Below are positions 27,413 through 36,958 of a stretch of 64,000 bases of DNA, piece after piece. The stretch is from Clostridiales bacterium (lineage in GTDB: Bacteria; Bacillota; Clostridia; Christensenellales; CAG-138): contig DXWI01000003.1 in the NCBI GenBank assembly GCA_019416935.1, positions 60,583 through 124,582 of the forward strand, read 5' to 3'. The translations under genes were made by a program, and so were the position numbers. A model generated the notes under the pieces. It saw only the letters and a list, made by a program, of their open reading frames with translations, had not been told where the DNA came from and made no database searches. Within the stretch, counting starts at the first letter, position 1. Each line of letters begins with the position of its first letter.

Positions 27413-28417
27413 ATGGAGACCAAAATTCCAACTGGTTATGCGTCCAAGCTCGGTCTGTACGAAACGCAGAGCGCCATCACTCTGATCAAGAGCACCTTTC
27501 AGGATGCGCTTGCCGCCGTGCTGAATCTCAAGCGCGTGTCCGCGCCCCTGTTCGTCAATCCTGCCGCCGGTCTCAACGATAATCTCAACGGTTATGAACG
27601 CCCCGTCCGCTTCGATATTCCCGCCGCCGGCGTTGACGCCGAGGTGGTGCATTCGCTGGCCAAGTGGAAACGGTTCGCGCTCCACCGCTATGGATTCCAT
27701 GCCGGCCGCGGCCTGTATACCGATATGAACGCCATTCGCCGCGATGAAGAGCTCGACAATCTGCACTCGGTCTACGTCGATCAGTGGGACTGGGAAAAGG
27801 TCATCACGCGCGAGGAGCGCGGCGAGGCGCTGCTCAGGCGCACGGTGGAATCGATCGTCGAGGCCATCAGCTATACGCTGGCGGTCGTGCAGGCCAAGTA
27901 CCCCGTGCTGTCGCTCTCGCTCAGGCGCGACGTCACGTTCATCACTTCGCAGGAATTGCTCGACCGCTATCCGGACAAAACTGCCAAGGAGCGCGAGTAC
28001 CTGTTTGCGAAGGAGCACGGCACGGTCTTTGTCATGCAGATCGGCGACAAGCTCTCGAACGGGGAACCGCACGACGGCCGCGCCCCCGATTATGACGACT
28101 GGGCGCTCAACGGCGATATTCTGTTCTATTACCCGGTGCTCGACTGCGCGTTTGAGATCTCGAGCATGGGCATCCGCGTGGACGAAGTCTCGCTTGCCGC
28201 GCAGCTTCGGAAAGCGGGCTGCGAGGAGCGCGCCGCGCTGCCGTTCCACCACGCGCTGCTGGGCGGCGAATTGCCGCTCACAATCGGCGGCGGCATCGGT
28301 CAGTCGCGCCTGTGCATGATGATGCTCGAAAAGGCGCACATCGGCGAGGTACAGTCCTCGATCTGGGACGCGGCCACGCTCGAAGCCTGCGCCAAGGCCG
28401 GCGTCACGCTGCTGTAG
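27413..28417 (+). CDS. asnA: aspartate--ammonia ligase
   Basis: 334 aa from ATG 27413 (GGAGG RBS). DNLHSVYVDQWDWEKVI and GGGIGQSRLCMMML match AsnA. It ends ...LL then TAG, at the same point as E. coli AsnA. Confidence 0.9.
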   Translation: METKIPTGYASKLGLYETQSAITLIKSTFQDALAAVLNLKRVSAPLFVNPAAGLNDNLNGYERPVRFDIPAAGVDAEVVHSLAKWKRFALHRYGFHAGRGLYTDMNAIRRDEELDNLHSVYVDQWDWEKVITREERGEALLRRTVESIVEAISYTLAVVQAKYPVLSLSLRRDVTFITSQELLDRYPDKTAKEREYLFAKEHGTVFVMQIGDKLSNGEPHDGRAPDYDDWALNGDILFYYPVLDCAFEISSMGIRVDEVSLAAQLRKAGCEERAALPFHHALLGGELPLTIGGGIGQSRLCMMMLEKAHIGEVQSSIWDAATLEACAKAGVTLL

Positions 28418-28434
28418 GCGCTTTTTGTGTTTCT

Positions 28435-28466
28435 GTACTTTTCTTTTTCTAGAAAAAGAAAAGTAC
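28435..28466. terminator. perfect 32-nt palindrome (bidirectional terminator candidate)
   Basis: GTACTTTTCTTTTTCTAGAAAAAGAAAAGTAC. It lies between convergent asnA and the DUF4956 gene. A second hairpin, GGCCGGAGA..TCTCCGGCC, sits at 28513-28544. Confidence 0.5.
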
Positions 28467-28601
28467 CAAAAGAAAAAGTCACCACGGTAGAATATCCCAC
28501 CGAAAAGCATATGGCCGGAGAACGCATAGAGGCGCTCTCCGGCCATTTCACAATTACTGGCTTTCTTTTTGGTTGTTTCCTTTCCAGAAGGGAGAGAAAG
28601 G

Positions 28602-29264
28602 TTACGAAATCAAGTCGCCCTGATGCGCCACAAGCGTCGCGTCGAACACGCCCTGCACGCGCAGGAACTTGTCCACAAAATCAACGTCCGACTCGCGGAT
28701 GCGCAGCTCAACCGTCAGCTCAATGCCGTCGCGCTGCACGGTCTTGCTCTTGATGCGGGCGCGGGGCAGCTGCTTGATCATGCCCTTGATCTGCTGGGAC
28801 GCGCGATCGTCATAGTGCAGGATCAGCAAAAACGGCGACGCCTGACTGCCCTTGATGCCCGTCACGATGAGCAGCAGCAATCCGATCACCAGCACGCCGA
28901 TAAAGCCGACGTCGAGAAATCCCGCGCCGACGGCGAGGCCCTCGCCGACCGCCCAGAACATGAACACCGTATCGATCGGGTCCTTGATCGCGGTGCGGAA
29001 ACGCACGATGGACAGTGCGCCGACCATGCCGAGCGAGAGCGCCATGTTGGACGAGATCATCATCAGCACGAGCGCGGACACCATGGTCAGCATGACGAGA
29101 CTCAGATTAAACGAGCGGGAATAGACCACACCGGCGAACGTCTTGCGATAGACGAAGTAGATGATGAGGCCGATCACCAGCGACGCGACGAGCGAGATGA
29201 CCACGCGCAGCGGGTTCAGCGTTCCCTGAAACAGATCCCCAATGTTGAAAGTCGATGCTCCCAT
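28602..29264 (-). CDS. DUF4956-family membrane protein
   Basis: 220 aa with 4-5 TM segments. It contains the SIVRFRTAIKDPIDTVFMFWAV block that I associate with DUF4956, followed by a soluble C-terminal domain. Confidence 0.7.
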   Translation of the reverse strand: MGASTFNIGDLFQGTLNPLRVVISLVASLVIGLIIYFVYRKTFAGVVYSRSFNLSLVMLTMVSALVLMMISSNMALSLGMVGALSIVRFRTAIKDPIDTVFMFWAVGEGLAVGAGFLDVGFIGVLVIGLLLLIVTGIKGSQASPFLLILHYDDRASQQIKGMIKQLPRARIKSKTVQRDGIELTVELRIRESDVDFVDKFLRVQGVFDATLVAHQGDLIS

Positions 29265-29380
29265 TTGCTTCTAAATCCTCCTTACGGTTCTTTCAAACAA
29301 ACGAATACGGTACAAAACCGGTCTATACAGGCCGGCCCGCTGCGGCAGGCCGGGAAAAACGTGGGTCGCCGGAGCGCGCG

Positions 29381-30109
29381 TCAAAACTCGAACTGCCGGC
29401 AGAACAGGTACTTGCTCGCCGCCGTGCGCTGCGCCGCGCCGAGTTGGATGAGCATGCGGATATAATCCGGCAGGCTCTCATTGAACTTGACCTCAAGGAT
29501 CATGCAGTTTTTGAGCTCCGTCACCGGGTACATGGGCACGTTCGGATTGAACAGATCCGTGGAGCGCAGTCCGGTGCGCACATCCTTGTCGAACGTGATG
29601 CGCACATCCTCCGCCGGAAACACATACGGCTCGCGGTCGTAATCGACGAGCACCTTGGGGCGGAGCTGCTTGAGCTTCATGATACCGAACATCTGGCCCG
29701 CAAACGGCTCCGGCCTGCCGAGCAGAAACCCGTAATCGCCCCTGAGCAGCGCGTCGCACTCGGCGCGCGAGAGGCGCAGGCTGCTCTTTTGGATGTACGG
29801 CCCGTTCTTGTGCTTGCGCTCCAGCTTGATGCTGCTGTCGGAATGGTTGTAGATGCGGATGCGGAACTTGTCGCGCACCTCAATGCCGTCCGCCTTTTCC
29901 TGCACCGCGGAATCCCAGGGATCGTCGAAGTACAGGCTGCGGATGTGGTACTCGCCGCCGTTCTGCGCGGCATACGCATCCTGCGCCATGGTCATCTGCA
30001 AGCGGCGCGAAAGAATCGCGTGGTCGCCGGCATGGATGATATACTTGAGCTCGTGCCGGTAGGGCCGCGTGTTGGCCGCGCCCGCCGCCTTGCCCCTGCG
30101 TCCGCTCAT
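29381..30109 (-). CDS. VTC-domain (polyphosphate-polymerase-like, triphosphate-tunnel) protein
   Basis: 242 aa from ATG 30109. HELKYII, IRSLYFDD, KFRIRIYN, IKLERKHK and VDYDREPY form the alternating charged beta-strand pattern of CYTH/VTC tunnel enzymes. The start overlaps the CotH stop by 1 nt (TGATG). Confidence 0.75.
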   Translation of the reverse strand: MSGRRGKAAGAANTRPYRHELKYIIHAGDHAILSRRLQMTMAQDAYAAQNGGEYHIRSLYFDDPWDSAVQEKADGIEVRDKFRIRIYNHSDSSIKLERKHKNGPYIQKSSLRLSRAECDALLRGDYGFLLGRPEPFAGQMFGIMKLKQLRPKVLVDYDREPYVFPAEDVRITFDKDVRTGLRSTDLFNPNVPMYPVTELKNCMILEVKFNESLPDYIRMLIQLGAAQRTAASKYLFCRQFEF

Positions 30110-33100
30110 CAGCTCACCCCCGTCAGGCTGCTCTTGCGCCCGAATATCTCGTTCATTTCCGCGTCCGACAGGCTGAAGTACTGCTGCACATAGTAGAGAA
30201 AATGCTCCGGCACCTGCTTGGCGGACTCCCGCAGCCGCTCGACGCGGGTCTGCCACGTCGTGTAGCGGATGCTGCCCCAGCGCTTGGTATCGTAGACCAT
30301 CTCGTCGGTGATGTTGGCCTCCAGCTCGTTGATGCGGGCGATCATCCTATCGGTATCGAAGATCTCCACCATCAGCGCACACTTTTCAAGGAACAGCGCG
30401 CGGAAGCTGCTGTTCTTGAGCAGCGCGCGGGAGAGCACCGTCGAAAAGCCCTTGCCCGCGCCGTGACCCGTCTCATGGAAATACTTGGAGAAGAAGTCGC
30501 GCCGCCAACCGGTCGAATACGCCTTGTCCTTCGTGCCGTCGTCATAGTTGAGCGCCCAGTCGAAATCGTACGGAATCCAGCGCCACTTGTTGTCGAGCTG
30601 CTTCGAGCGCCAATACTTGATGTTGCCGGTGTCCGTATTGCCGACATAGATCTCCATGGCACAATACTCGGCAAAGTTCTCCACGTCCATCAGCGAGCAT
30701 ACATAAGCGTAGTTGGACGCGTCCGACAGGTCGTGCTCCTTGGCGTAGCTCACGAGCGCCTGATAATCGAGGTAGCCGTTGCCGGAGATCTCTGCCGCCG
30801 GCCCGTTGCCGTTGCCCACGAGGATGTCGATCTGCTCCGGATCGGGCAGGTTGTACTGCTGCGCGAGGAAATATTTGTTGACCTTCTCCCGCAGGTTGTA
30901 CACGCCCCAGTATTGTCCGTTGATGTACAGCACGACCTGCCGATAGGCCTGCGTGGGCAGGGTGCTCCCGCCATCCTCGAGCAAGCCCTGAATCAGGATG
31001 TCGCGCATCCGTGTAAACATCCAGTCCATGGCGGAGGGCCGCAGCGTCAGGGACTTGTATTCGCTGTAATCGCGGTTTTCAAAAAACGGGTAATTCATAC
31101 TCGTGGAACCGTAGCCAGAGCGGGATACGAGCGCGATGCCCTTCATCTTCTCATAGCGCGAAAACGCGCCGAAGATGCGGCTGAGCACATCGTCCTCGAA
31201 CGCGAGCGAGCCGTTTACGATATAGTCGATGTGCGTTTCCCGCTCCCACTCCATGTCCATCGGATCGGGATGGGTCAGGTGCTGCGCGTTAAAATTGGCG
31301 TACTTGGCAAAATCGCTGTTTGGGCCATGCTCGATGGTATAGCTGCCCGCCGAGTCGCGGCCGCCGCTCTTTTCATAGTAGGTGCTGCCGGCCACATAGA
31401 TGCCGTTTTCCGCGCCGAAATAGTAGTCCGGATCGGAAACGAGGCTCACGATGGGGAGCGTGGTGAGGTGGTTTTCCTCCGTCGCCTCGCCCTGATTGAT
31501 GAAATAGGACGCGGTTGCCACATCGCTGTCGAAACGGCCGCCCTGAAACGCGCGCGCGCGCAGCACCGTCACGCCGGAACCGAGCGTGATCGGCGCGGTA
31601 TAGGCGTTGGATGCCGCCGTCGGGATGCTGCCGTCGGTCGTATAGCGCACGGTCGCGCCCGCGGGGATGCCGATCTCCACGGTCTGTCCGCTCGTATATA
31701 CGCCGGACGGGATGGAGAACGCCGGTTTTTCGGCGTAGGCGCTCATGCCCTCGCCGTTGGCCGTGCCGGGCGTGGGCGTTTTGTAATACATGGTCTTTCC
31801 ATCCATGCCGCGGCCGTACGACACATCCGCGTGTCCTTCGCCGATCTGGAGCTTATCGAGGATGACCGCTTCCGGCGTAAACAAAAAAACCGTGTCCCCA
31901 TCGCCGGAAATGCCGAAATTTGTTTCGAGCGTTTTGGACGGATCGGTCACGTTTTTGCCGGAGGCGAGCACCACAAGGTATTGCCCCGCCCCGATCGTCA
32001 CATCCGGAAACACCCATTTGGCCGGATTCTTGGCGTTGTTGGACAGCGCATAGCCGGACAGATTGATCGGCGCGCCGGAACGGTTGTACAGTTCGATCCA
32101 GTCATAATAACCGCCGTCCGGCTGCAAGAGGTAGCTCTTGTTGGCGTTGATGACCTCGCTGATCATCAGCTCGCCCGTGCCGTAGGGCAGCGCGGCCTGA
32201 TAGGCGGCCGCGCCGGCGGAGGTATTGTTGTAACCGGGCGACGGCTGCGCGGTCTGCTGCCACTCACCCGTTCCGTCCGGCACGCGCGCCATGGACTGAT
32301 CCGTCTCCTGACGACTGTACTCATAGCTGTCGAGGATGCGGCCCGCGGGCGTCGAGAACACGACCGCCTCCTTGTAGGCGGCCAGACCGAACGGCGCCTC
32401 GATCGGATCGACGGCGGTGCCGGTGCGGCCGTTGCAATAAATCAGCAGCGTGCCGTACGCCTCAATGCTCGTGCCCTCGGGCAGCGTATACTTGAGCGGC
32501 TGCGCCGGGTTGTCCGAAATGCCATAGCCGGACAGGTTGATCTCGTTGCCGGTGGTGTTGTACAGCTCGATCCAGTCGCAGTAGGTACCGTCCGGGCCGA
32601 GCAGCGTCGATGCGTTCGACGCCATGAATTCGTTCAGATACACGCCGATGCTTTCGCCCTCGGTGGCGGTGAGCGTCGCAAGAAACGCATCGATGCCGGC
32701 CTGATCGTTCGGGTAGCCGGGACTCGGCAGCGTCTCCACCCACGCGCCGCTCGCATCGCGCGAGAGCGTATAGCCGGAGGAGGCGCTTCGAAGCGCCAGA
32801 CTGTCGATGATCGCGCCCGCCTCGGTCGAGAGCACCAGCTCGTCGTCCGCGGACAGCTTGAACGGCGCGTGCATGCCGCCCTTCGACGTGTCGCCGGAAC
32901 AATAGACGATGACATAGCCGTTCGCCGGAATTCTGGTTCCGGCCGGAAACGTCCACTTGGCGGCGATGAGCTTGTCGTCGGACAGGCCGTATCCGCCGAT
33001 CTCGACCTCCTGATCGGAGGCGTTGTGGAGCTCCACCCAATCCGGATAGTCGCCGGTGTTGTCCGGCACGGTGCCCTTATTGCTCGTCATCACTTCGCTG

Positions 33101-33219
33101 ATCTGAATCGTATGTGTAGACAGGTTTTGGGACGAACCGCTCCTGGTCAGATACACGATGAGCGCGACCAATAAAATCAGCGCCATCGGCACGACCAAAA
33201 CCAATCGCCTGCGTCTCAA
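30109..33219 (-). CDS. CotH-family kinase with N-terminal TM anchor, three lamin-tail domains and a CHB_HEX_C-like domain
   Basis: Three LTD-like units: IQISEVMTSN..DWVELHN, VYLNEFMASN..DWIELYN, LMISEVINAN..DWIELYN. Then VRYTTDGSIPT. The C-terminal CotH blocks are LTLRPSAMDW...VVLYINGQYWGVYNLREK...WIPYDFDWAL. Start proposed at TTG 33219 (GGAAGGAG 9 nt upstream, giving M-RRRR-TM); the track ORF extends to 33357. Confidence 0.8.
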   Translation of the reverse strand: MRRRRLVLVVPMALILLVALIVYLTRSGSSQNLSTHTIQISEVMTSNKGTVPDNTGDYPDWVELHNASDQEVEIGGYGLSDDKLIAAKWTFPAGTRIPANGYVIVYCSGDTSKGGMHAPFKLSADDELVLSTEAGAIIDSLALRSASSGYTLSRDASGAWVETLPSPGYPNDQAGIDAFLATLTATEGESIGVYLNEFMASNASTLLGPDGTYCDWIELYNTTGNEINLSGYGISDNPAQPLKYTLPEGTSIEAYGTLLIYCNGRTGTAVDPIEAPFGLAAYKEAVVFSTPAGRILDSYEYSRQETDQSMARVPDGTGEWQQTAQPSPGYNNTSAGAAAYQAALPYGTGELMISEVINANKSYLLQPDGGYYDWIELYNRSGAPINLSGYALSNNAKNPAKWVFPDVTIGAGQYLVVLASGKNVTDPSKTLETNFGISGDGDTVFLFTPEAVILDKLQIGEGHADVSYGRGMDGKTMYYKTPTPGTANGEGMSAYAEKPAFSIPSGVYTSGQTVEIGIPAGATVRYTTDGSIPTAASNAYTAPITLGSGVTVLRARAFQGGRFDSDVATASYFINQGEATEENHLTTLPIVSLVSDPDYYFGAENGIYVAGSTYYEKSGGRDSAGSYTIEHGPNSDFAKYANFNAQHLTHPDPMDMEWERETHIDYIVNGSLAFEDDVLSRIFGAFSRYEKMKGIALVSRSGYGSTSMNYPFFENRDYSEYKSLTLRPSAMDWMFTRMRDILIQGLLEDGGSTLPTQAYRQVVLYINGQYWGVYNLREKVNKYFLAQQYNLPDPEQIDILVGNGNGPAAEISGNGYLDYQALVSYAKEHDLSDASNYAYVCSLMDVENFAEYCAMEIYVGNTDTGNIKYWRSKQLDNKWRWIPYDFDWALNYDDGTKDKAYSTGWRRDFFSKYFHETGHGAGKGFSTVLSRALLKNSSFRALFLEKCALMVEIFDTDRMIARINELEANITDEMVYDTKRWGSIRYTTWQTRVERLRESAKQVPEHFLYYVQQYFSLSDAEMNEIFGRKSSLTGVS

Positions 33220-33384
33220 AGCTTCAATCTCCTTCCGGTGTTCCCTGCCGCCGGGCGCTCCCAAAGAAGCGCCGGCGCGACGCGAGCCATGCCGCCGCCA
33301 AAAGCGGTACACGAAGCAAGCCGCGCTCAGACGGACACCCTGCATAGCATACCACAAGGCGCCGCATATTCCTATCCCCCAATA

Positions 33385-33636
33385 TCAGAAATTTACAGTT
33401 TCTTCTCGATTATCGGGCAAAAACCGGCCACTCGGCCCATCCGGCGCGCCGCGCCGCCCGCGCATCGAACCGGCAAGGCGCGCTTTGACCCCCGAGCAAG
33501 GCAGGGATTCGGACAGGCGCTTTCTCTCATGCGACAGGAACGCGCGCATCTGCTCGAGCTGCGCCTCGGTCACCCCATGGTCGGAGAAACGCGCCTCCAG
33601 CGCGATGTCCGTGAGCGTCTGCGTCCTCCATTTCAT
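33385..33636 (-). pseudogene. duplicated 3'-end fragment of the transglutaminase gene (DUF4129-like tail)
   Basis: The 83-aa ORF contains LTDIALEARFSDHGVTEAQLEQMRAFLSHERKRLSESLP. This is nearly identical to the last ~45 aa of the 33667-35967 protein. There is no convincing RBS. Confidence 0.45.
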
Positions 33637-33836
33637 GTGCTTGGCAGCGTCCCGGCCGCGCCTCCTTTACAGCACGGCATGGAGATACCGCGCCGCCAGC
33701 CGCTTGAGCGGCGGCAGGGATTCGGACAGGCGCTTTCTTTCATGCGAAAGGAACGCGCGCATCTGCTCGAGCTGCGCCTCGGTCATCCCATGGTCGGAGA
33801 AGCGCGCCTCCAGCGCGATGTCCGTGAGCGCCTGCG
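33500..33836. repeat. 124-bp direct repeat, two copies (33500-33623 and 33713-33836)
   Basis: Aligned by eye: 5 mismatches in 124 nt, with an offset of 213 bp. Confidence 0.85.
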
Positions 33837-35967
33837 GAACTTCCGTTCCGTAACGGCACAGCCGCTGCAGCTCCCGCCATGCGGCCAGAATCCGCTTTTT
33901 GCAGCTTCCCTGCCGGAGCAGCGCCGCCCGTCTCGAGCGCAGTACTCGCCGCCGGAGCACGAGCAGCCCGGCCGCCGCCGGCAGCAGCAGCACGAGCAGC
34001 CATATCGCGCCGCCCGTGTGATTCCGTGCCGGCGGGCTGTCGGAAGATGCGCTCCCCGGTTCCGGTTCGCCGCCTGTCCCCGCGGAGTCGGGCGGCAGCA
34101 CGTCCGGCGTTTGCTGTCCCGCCGTTTCCCCGTGCGCCGGCTCGGCCGTAGTCTGCGGCGGCTCCGTGCCGTCCGGCTCTGTCGTTGCTTCCGGTTCAAG
34201 GTTGGCCGGCGTCTGTTCTTCCGGTTCGGTTGTCGGCTCGGCCGAGGGTTCGGCCGTCGGTTCGGCGGTCGGCGCCGGAGTCGGCACTGGCGTGCTGCCG
34301 GTCACCTCCACGGGCATCCAGCCAAAGCCGTCGAGATAGACCTCCGTCCACGCGTGCGCATCCTCATCGGTCACGCGCGTCCACGCGCCCGCTTCCGCGT
34401 CCACCAGATAGCCGCTCACATACCGGGCCGGTACGCCGAGCGATTGCAGCATGGCGGTGGCGGCGCTGGCAAAGTGCACGCAGTAGCCGCGATGGCTCTC
34501 GGTCAGAAAATACCGGATGAAATCCGCGCCGTTGGGCGCGCGCTCGGCCTCAAGATCATAATAGCCCGCCTGGCGGATATAGGCCGCCACCCGGCTGACG
34601 ATCTCCGCGCGCGGCATGGCGCCGTCGATTCCGGCTGCGGCCGCCAGTCCACGGAGCGTACCGGCAAGCGGCTCCGGCACGCCGGTATACGCCGTTTGCG
34701 CCCATGCGCGATAGGCCGGCTCCTGCGCAGCGCCGCTTTGGAGCGCCGCCGGATTGTCAGCGGGGCGGTAAACCCATGTATACGCCTCCGTGTCCCGGTC
34801 GACGGGCCTTGCGTAGACCTCGCCGGTTTCAGCATCGCCCGCGACGGCATAGTACGGCACATAGGCAAGCTGCGTCGCACCGGAGAGATGCCGGATCTGC
34901 ACGGTTCTCTCCTCGCTGCCGGGCGCGGCCAGAACGGCCGCCGCCGTGACGTCCGCAATCGAAATCTCCTTTGGCGCGCCATCCGCCTGCCGCCACGACG
35001 CGCCGTCATACACGCCCAGCGCCGCGCCGCGAAGATAGAGCTCGCCCGAAACGGAGGCTTTCACCTCGAGCACGGGCGTGCCGGTCGTCCGGCGCGGGCC
35101 GAGCGTGCGCACGTTCACATCGGTATCCGGCCGGCTGGCCGTGATCTGCTGCACCGTCTCCATCAGGGAGGGCGCCTCCGCATCTTCCTCCGACAGGCTG
35201 CTGCGCAGGCTGATGAGCTGCTCGCGCAGCACGTCCGGCCATGCGGCGCGCACGTAGGTTTCGCGCGGCGAGAGCAGCAGCACCGCGCCGCACAGGACAG
35301 CGAGCACCGGCAGATATAAAAACGTCAGCGCCGCGCCGCGCCGGGGCGATGCGCGCCGAACGCTCTGCGGCAGAAGCAGCAGCATCCAGAACAGCAGCGT
35401 GCACAGCACCGCATACAGCGCCGGCGGCTCGTCCATCAGGATCATCGTGACCGCGAAGAACGGCAGTGAAACGACCATGCACGGCGCCGCGGCCGAAAAA
35501 TAGACGATGGACCAGCCGTACAGCAGCAGCACCGGCGCCGCCAGCATGGCGAAGAACAGCGTGCAGCCGGCGAGCTGTTCGGAAGCGGTCATCCCCGTGG
35601 GCAGCGCAATTTCGGAGACGAAATCCACCCCGAGCGCAATGTCGTTGACCACGCCGGAAACCGCAACCTGCGCGCCCACGCGCAGCATGTCCCGCCACTG
35701 GACGCAGACAAAAATCCACGCCGCGGCGAGCAGGAGCAGCATGAACACGCCGATGCGGCGCCCCGCCGTACCCGAAACGGCGAACATCGTCGTCACATAG
35801 ACGGAGAGCAGCGCGCCGATGATGAGCAGCAGCGGCAGCCGCACCGGCAGCGAAAACGCCGTGATGACCGGCAAAAATGTGCCCAGCAGGCCCAAAAAGA
35901 CGAGCAGGCAGCCGGCAGCGAGCGGCGAGGCGAACCATTCGCGCTTTTTCCGTTTTCCTCCGCTCAT
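33667..35967 (-). CDS. transglutaminase-domain membrane protein (TgpA-like) with C-terminal DUF4129-like tail
   Basis: 766 aa with about 6 N-terminal TM helices. Cys-His-Asp core region GYCVHFASAATAMLQSLGVPARYVSGY ... HAWTEVY. Then a PT/PE-rich spacer, a TM helix and the tail. Confidence 0.8.
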   Translation of the reverse strand: MSGGKRKKREWFASPLAAGCLLVFLGLLGTFLPVITAFSLPVRLPLLLIIGALLSVYVTTMFAVSGTAGRRIGVFMLLLLAAAWIFVCVQWRDMLRVGAQVAVSGVVNDIALGVDFVSEIALPTGMTASEQLAGCTLFFAMLAAPVLLLYGWSIVYFSAAAPCMVVSLPFFAVTMILMDEPPALYAVLCTLLFWMLLLLPQSVRRASPRRGAALTFLYLPVLAVLCGAVLLLSPRETYVRAAWPDVLREQLISLRSSLSEEDAEAPSLMETVQQITASRPDTDVNVRTLGPRRTTGTPVLEVKASVSGELYLRGAALGVYDGASWRQADGAPKEISIADVTAAAVLAAPGSEERTVQIRHLSGATQLAYVPYYAVAGDAETGEVYARPVDRDTEAYTWVYRPADNPAALQSGAAQEPAYRAWAQTAYTGVPEPLAGTLRGLAAAAGIDGAMPRAEIVSRVAAYIRQAGYYDLEAERAPNGADFIRYFLTESHRGYCVHFASAATAMLQSLGVPARYVSGYLVDAEAGAWTRVTDEDAHAWTEVYLDGFGWMPVEVTGSTPVPTPAPTAEPTAEPSAEPTTEPEEQTPANLEPEATTEPDGTEPPQTTAEPAHGETAGQQTPDVLPPDSAGTGGEPEPGSASSDSPPARNHTGGAIWLLVLLLPAAAGLLVLRRRVLRSRRAALLRQGSCKKRILAAWRELQRLCRYGTEVPQALTDIALEARFSDHGMTEAQLEQMRAFLSHERKRLSESLPPLKRLAARYLHAVL

Positions 35968-36956
35968 GCGCGCGCCTCCCCTGCGGCGGGCCGTTTCCCA
36001 CCGACATGATAATACGCGCCCGCCGTGGGCGGCACGGACGCCGGCGGCAGCGCGTGCGCCGCGGCCGGACCTGCGAGGAGCCTCCTGAGCAGCGTTTCAA
36101 GCGTCCTTTCGTCCGTCACCCGTTCGGTGTGAATCCTGCCCGCGCCGTCGCGCCACTCGAGCATATGGGCAAGGCCATGCGCGCTGAGCCGGTTGGAGAG
36201 CCAGCTAAGCTCCGACAGCATGGCGTCGAGCGCCGTCGGCGTGCCGGAGAGTTCAAACGTCAGCAGCACCGGCTTGATGCGCGGTTCCATCGGCTCGCGC
36301 ACGATCAGCGAATCCAGCTTGCTCGAGAGCTTCCAGTGCACGCTCACGATCGCGTCGCCCTCGCGGTAGGGCCGCAGCTCGTGCTCCTCGGAAAAACCGC
36401 CGCCCGGCTTCGGCCGAAGGTCGTAGGCCGCGTAGTCGAACAGCTTCGGAACCGGGTCCGGCGGCGCGGCCGCCGGCAGCACCGTCGTGGCTGCTGCCGC
36501 GCACCGGCGCACCGGCAGCGCGATCAGGCCGAGATGGTCGAGCACGCGCACATGCGCCGCCGCATGCAGGATGCAGCCGCAGTGCGCCGTATCGATCGGA
36601 ATGCGGATCGTCTGCGCGCTGCCCGCAGCCAGATAGACGCGCGCGGGGTACGGCTCCGCCCCGGTGAACCGGTTGTGGCTGACGAGCCGAAAGCGCGCAC
36701 CACCGACGGGCAGCGACCCGCGGCCGCCGCTGGTGAGCTGCACGGTCAGTTCCGCCTTTCTGCCGCGCTGCACCATGGCCGGCGCGCTCAGCGTGATGCG
36801 CGCCCCGAGCATGGCGGGCAGGCTGACGGCAAGCGAAATCGCCGGCAGCGCCAGTAGCGCTGCCAGCAGCAGGTAGGAATCGAACTCGGTATAGAACAAA
36901 TGGAAAGCGACCACGCCGATCAGCGTGGCCAGATACAGCATTCTGCGCGCAAACAT
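35964..36956 (-). CDS. DUF58-domain protein
   Basis: 330 aa with two N-terminal TM helices. LRPYREGDAIVSVHWKLSSKLDSLIVREP is the DUF58 signature. 4-nt overlap with the transglutaminase gene. Confidence 0.8.
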   Translation of the reverse strand: MFARRMLYLATLIGVVAFHLFYTEFDSYLLLAALLALPAISLAVSLPAMLGARITLSAPAMVQRGRKAELTVQLTSGGRGSLPVGGARFRLVSHNRFTGAEPYPARVYLAAGSAQTIRIPIDTAHCGCILHAAAHVRVLDHLGLIALPVRRCAAAATTVLPAAAPPDPVPKLFDYAAYDLRPKPGGGFSEEHELRPYREGDAIVSVHWKLSSKLDSLIVREPMEPRIKPVLLTFELSGTPTALDAMLSELSWLSNRLSAHGLAHMLEWRDGAGRIHTERVTDERTLETLLRRLLAGPAAAHALPPASVPPTAGAYYHVGGKRPAAGEARA

Positions 36957-36958
36957 GG

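Noticed and set aside
26540-28546. Two very long overlapping ORFs (625 aa on the plus strand, 663 aa on the minus strand) spanning the deoD/asnA region
   Set aside because: Each is a real gene plus an antisense read-through of its neighbour. Only 27413-28417 (+) matches AsnA and only 26555-27271 (-) matches DeoD. The rest is Arg/Ala/Gly-rich shadow sequence typical of the antisense strand in high-GC DNA.
33415-33445. Terminator for the transglutaminase operon (GGCC GAGT GGCC followed by TTTTT on the minus strand)
   Set aside because: The stem is only 4-5 bp, which is too weak to call from sequence alone.
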